Below, piece after piece: positions 32,721-37,334 of a DNA stretch of 37,334 nt. This DNA is from Octopus bimaculoides (lineage: Eukaryota): the NCBI RefSeq assembly GCF_001194135.2, contig NC_069007.1:2406779-2444112 (forward strand). The letters are read 5' to 3'. Under the pieces are notes generated by a model, which was not told the origin of the DNA, searched no databases, and worked only from the letters and a program-made list of their open reading frames with translations. Both the position numbers and the translations under genes were made by a program. Each line of letters begins with the position of its first letter. The first letter of the stretch is position 1.

Positions 32721-33664
32721 AAAATGAAACTTTTCCACTATTTCAGTATCAAAACTGAAACACAAGGGCGGACAAAACACAAAAGTATGGAAAAAATAAA
32801 ATCGGATGAAAAGAATGGTAATGATAAATGAAAAGGTGGAATGACGTCTACTCGAACCCCAAACTCCAATTAACGTCATTGAACGTTTTTAGGAAAAAAA
32901 ATTAACACGTGCTATTTATTTTTGTCTCTTTCTCTTTGCTGTGTGTTGCTTGTCATTTATATTTCTTTACACGTTTTATTACAGTTTCTAGATTAGCGAA
33001 AAATTGTCTTCCACTGAAATGAGTTTGGATTAATCTTATTTGCGATATATAGAAATATATTTGGATAGTTATAAATTCTAATTACTTAATTATTTTGTCC
33101 GATATAATTTTCGTGTTTTTTAATTCTAATTGCTATGTAGTTGAAAATGTAACGCTCACTCTCATAATACATAGGCATTTGAATAAATTATTTTACAATC
33201 CAGCCGTCCTTTCACACGGGATTTCGTCTATCATTAAACCTTAGCACTGATGAGATTTACATAAGTGAATTAAATTGTTTATATATCAAAAAATATACAC
33301 ATAATTAAGGGATCAGCAACAGTTGCTTCACCACATACCGAAATTTAGAAATAGCAGTTAAAGTGCTAATTCTACTACTACAATAAGTCTCCAACAGATA
33401 GAAATTAATTTATTAATAAATTAATAATCCATTACCCTATATCTGTAATGATTATCAAAAAATATATATAAGTTGAAACAAATTGTTGGCCTTTTGGATC
33501 TTTTAATGATTATTTAACAATTTTATCTTATATTATATTATAATATTATATTATATTATAACATAAATAAATTATTGGATTGTCACTTGTAGCTCTATTT
33601 AATTTATTGCTTGTAATTTGAATTATGCCTATATTTCTGTGGTATTCAACTGACGAACCAGTGA

Positions 33665-33856
33665 AGATGGCCAATCATTCTTCATAACAAGGCTCGACCA
33701 CAAGTTTCACTAATGACGCTGCAGAAGTTGAGGGAACCCGATTACGGAGTTCTTCCGCACCCAGCATACTCCCCAGACCCTTCTGCTACCGACTACCACT
33801 TTTTCAAGCACCCTGATGGTTTCCTGCGAGAGAAGAATTTCAAAAATCAAACTGAT
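33665..33856 (+). pseudogene. Mariner (DD34D, Hsmar1/cecropia-like) transposase relic
   Basis: RWPIILHNKARPQVSLMTLQKLREPDYGVLPHPAYSPDPSATDYHFFKHPDGFLREKNFKNQTD contains decayed HDNARPH and YSPDL...DY motifs. Confidence 0.85.
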
Positions 33857-33917
33857 AGGCATGCACACCATGACTCATACACTGTTCCCTTTCCTGATTT
33901 TTGAAAATAATTCTATG

Positions 33918-34003
33918 TACTGTACATGCACCTCTGATAAGTTGTAGTGCACCTGAGCACTATACACAATTAATTCATTATTATTATTATTATTATTATT
34001 ATT
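33918..34003 (+). mobile_element. Probable retroposon 3' end with (ATT)n tail
   Basis: GTAGTGCACCTGAGCACTATACACAATTAATTC followed by (ATT)n. Confidence 0.35.
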
Positions 34004-34005
34004 AA

Positions 34006-34170
34006 TATATACGACGGGCTTCTTTCAGTTTCCTTCTACGAAATCCACTCACAATGCTTTGGTCGGCCTCAGGTTTAGTAGAAGACACTGGTTCAAGGCC
34101 CCAGCCAATGTGTCTGAACCCGGAAGCATGTTGGGAAGCAAGCTTCTTACCACACAGCCACACCTTCGCC
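34006..34170 (-). mobile_element. 5' half of SINE family B/C including tRNA-like head
   Basis: The reverse complement begins GGCGAAGGTGTGGCTGTGTGGTAAGAAGCTTGCTTCCC...CCGGGTTCAG. The body matches 12575-12656. Confidence 0.85.
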
Positions 34171-34201
34171 TATATATATTTAAATGTAGAAGGCCTTCGC
34201 C

Positions 34202-34239
<38 letters not shown>

Positions 34240-34310
34240 AAACCAGCTTGAAATGAAATGACTTGCACTGCTCGGTCCGGGAACCGAAACCACGACCTTG
34301 CGATCATGAC
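34240..34310 (-). mobile_element. Fragment of family D/E SINE head
   Basis: The reverse complement reads CATGATCGCAAGGTCGTGGTTTCGGTTCCCGGACCGAGCAGTGCAAGTCATTTCATTTC. Confidence 0.5.
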
Positions 34311-34799
34311 AGGACGGTGGGATATAAGTAAGGTGACAAAAATAAGTCCTGAAGATCGAGGCGACATTACACTATTACAATTCTTCTGTTTATCTCCGCG
34401 ACGCGAAGCTGTGTTTATAAATTCACTGGAAATTCATCAAGTGAAATAGATTTTCTTGAAAATAATTTTCTTTTTACACTATTTATGATATAATCTGGTC
34501 ACAATTTGTTTTCAAATCTAATAATACAAACGCAGAAACAAAGATAAAGTCGGGTTGAAGTGGTATTATGTATAGAAATAGCCTAAAGTTTGAATGTTTA
34601 TTTTTGAATAACACTTATGCCATAGAACAGTAGATTCGGCAACATACATTTCTACACACTTCGCAGCAACAACATCCATACATCACATCTGGTTTGTGTA
34701 ATCATGATAAGACTTCTTCAACTGATAAGTGCTATTATCAAGAAACTAAAGAAATACTTTTCCTTGTAAAAATAATGTTCTGTATTTGTCACACAGTCC

Positions 34800-35028
34800 A
34801 ACTTTATATATATATATATATATATATTATTTATATATTATATACATTATATATATATATTCATATACATATGTGTGTGTGTTTGTGTCAGTGTATATGT
34901 ATGTACATGTATGTATATATATATATACATATATATTTATATATGATATACATATATATATACATATATATATATACATATATATATAAATATATATTTA
35001 TATATATATATATTATATATATATATAT

Positions 35029-35060
<32 letters not shown>

Positions 35061-35290
35061 TACATATGTATGTATATTAATGCATATATAGGCATATATG
35101 AATATATATATATATTATATATATTTATATATATGTGTGCTTATGTATATGTATATATATGCATATATATGCATATATATGTGCATATATATCCTTATAT
35201 ATACATATATATGCATATATATACATACATATATNNNNNNNNNNTATATATATATATATATATATAACATATAACTCCCAAAACTTTACA
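34800..35290. repeat. (TA)n-dominated microsatellite field
   Basis: Direct inspection. Confidence 0.9.
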
Positions 35291-35899
35291 TCAGCTGACA
35301 CATATATACCGTATCTCTATAGTATCTGAACAGAACTTGAAAATTATCAGCTATTTAGAGATAATTATGTTACCCAGCCTACCCAAAGCGTTGATAACTG
35401 TACTATAACTCGAACTAGAATTTACAGCGATGGATATTTGTTCGGCAGCGTGTCTGATGAAAGTTTAATTATACAAATTTCAAAAGCAATATTCAAATTG
35501 GAAGATAAGCGTCATCTCGGCAAGTAATCTTAACAGACAGCGCAAGAAATATGAATGATAGTGTACAACAGAGAGGAGGGGGTTGTGTGTATATATATGT
35601 GTGGGTGTATGATTGCGTATATGTATATTAGTATCGTGAGTGTGTGGGGGGGGGGGGGGNNNNNNNNNNTGTATATTAGTATCGTGAGTGTGTGGGGGGG
35701 GGGGGTAAATGCTTGTTGAATGTGGTGCTTCGTTGTATATATGTGTGTGTGTATCATACCGAGTATGTGTATATGTGTGTTAGTGTGTGTATGGCGGTTT
35801 GGTCAGTGTGAATGTGGCTGGATATGTGTTAGTATTTATATGTGTGTAATTATATAAGTGTGGGAGGAAGGGGTGTTGGTGCGTGATATCTGTGTGAGA

Positions 35900-36196
35900 A
35901 TGAGACAGTTCGGTCGAAATGTGTGTGTGTGTGTGCGTATACATATAACTATATATAACTAGACACATATAGTACATATGTGTGTGTATGTGCGTGTGTG
36001 TGTGTGTGCACATTTATGAGTATATAGATGAATACGGAAGTTTGTGCATATGAATATATGTGCATATATACATATATATATATAGTATATATACATATAT
36101 ACGTATGTATATATACACACACATACATATGTATATACGTTTGCATATATATATGCACACATATACATATATGTAATTATATGTGATTGTATTGAG

Positions 36197-36230
<34 letters not shown>

Positions 36231-36245
36231 ATGTATGCATATATA
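35900..36245. repeat. Compound (TG)n/(TA)n microsatellite field
   Basis: Direct inspection. Confidence 0.9.
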
Positions 36246-37181
36246 TTAAAAAATGAAATGAAATAAATTATAGATAGCGAGGTCGAAATAGTTGCTTACA
36301 AACTGACAAGGCGTAAAATGAATTTATTGATGTGAAAATATAATTTAAATGTGTGTAATCTTTTCCCTTTATTTTTTTACCCTTATCTATTTTCTCTTTC
36401 ATTCAAATTCCGAATTTTTTCTTCTTCTACTTCTTCTTATCTAATTTTCTCCCTCTTTAACAAAACTCTTCTCTTTTTTTTCTTTGTCCCCGAAAGGTAT
36501 GCAGTTTTTGTTGTATCTTTATTTCTTATTTATCGTATTTTTCTTTTATATTTTATATATATCGTTTAATTTCCTCCTCCTCCTCCTTCTTCTATTACAA
36601 AGCTCCTCCTACTTCTCTTTTTCCATCATTCACACTTGTTTTTTTTTCCTTCGATCATTTTTATATAACTTTCGTCTTGACCACCTATACATTTCGCTAT
36701 ATATCCCCCGCTCCGTTCCCGCCCAACCCACCTCTACCAAATCTCCTCCTTCTTCTCTCTATACACCCATCATCCCCCACTTTCTCCTCTCCCTCTCTTT
36801 GTCTCTCATACACATTCTCTCACATCTTCTTCACTCTCACAAATTTATGAATTTCTTAATAATTCGAATCTGCTACAACTCACAGAGCCGCCTGGTTTTG
36901 TATCACTATAAATCTTGACAAATTTACAGAACACACTAAAACATGACATAGTCATAAATCAAAATTTAGAAAGAAATTATCATAATTTTATTTAGTTCCC
37001 CATTAATATACATGCATATATATGTATATATATATATATATGTGTGTGTATACCTCTGCGTGCAATGTGTAGTGTATACGCGTAGGTATTGGTGCATACT
37101 TGCGTAATCTGTGTACCAATAAATTCACCATATACTGCAATATATCCAGATACATATAAACACGCATACACACACATATGT

Positions 37182-37231
<50 letters not shown>

Positions 37232-37334
37232 CGCACATGCACAAATTTACATACGTGTCTACTTCAGTATTTATCTGGTATTCGATATCTTTATATGCAT
37301 TTATTTATTTTTAACTATGCATGCATATATATAT

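Noticed and set aside
35445-35480. CTGATGA motif (hammerhead core start)
   Set aside because: No stem II or GAAA follows.
35620-35706. Duplicated TGTATATTAGTATCGTGAGTGTGT(G)n around the 10-N gap
   Set aside because: The same assembly-overlap artefact, at a poly-G tract.

Overview
AT-rich, repeat-saturated animal DNA with about 9 N-gaps, most of them beside (TA)n arrays. The SINE and microsatellite repertoire strongly resembles Octopus (cephalopod) genomic DNA; this attribution is from my recall of those repeats, not from a search. Almost all ORFs in the supplied track are translation artefacts of (TA)n, (CA)n and (ATT)n repeats or of gaps. No intact host gene is recognisable; the best candidate is one terminal exon at 22513-22791 (-). 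What can be supported is a dense mobile-element record: (1) at least three tRNA-derived SINE groups, including a head-to-tail trimer and a chimera; (2) RTE-type LINE relics; (3) three kinds of IS630/Tc1/mariner transposase relics (DD37D-like, IS630-like and Hsmar1-like); (4) a hAT MITE with perfect TIRs and TSD, and a 78-bp Tc1-like MITE; (5) a DINE-1/HINE-like rolling-circle element; (6) two copies of an asymmetric fold-back element; (7) two hammerhead-ribozyme-like motifs of the Penelope type.
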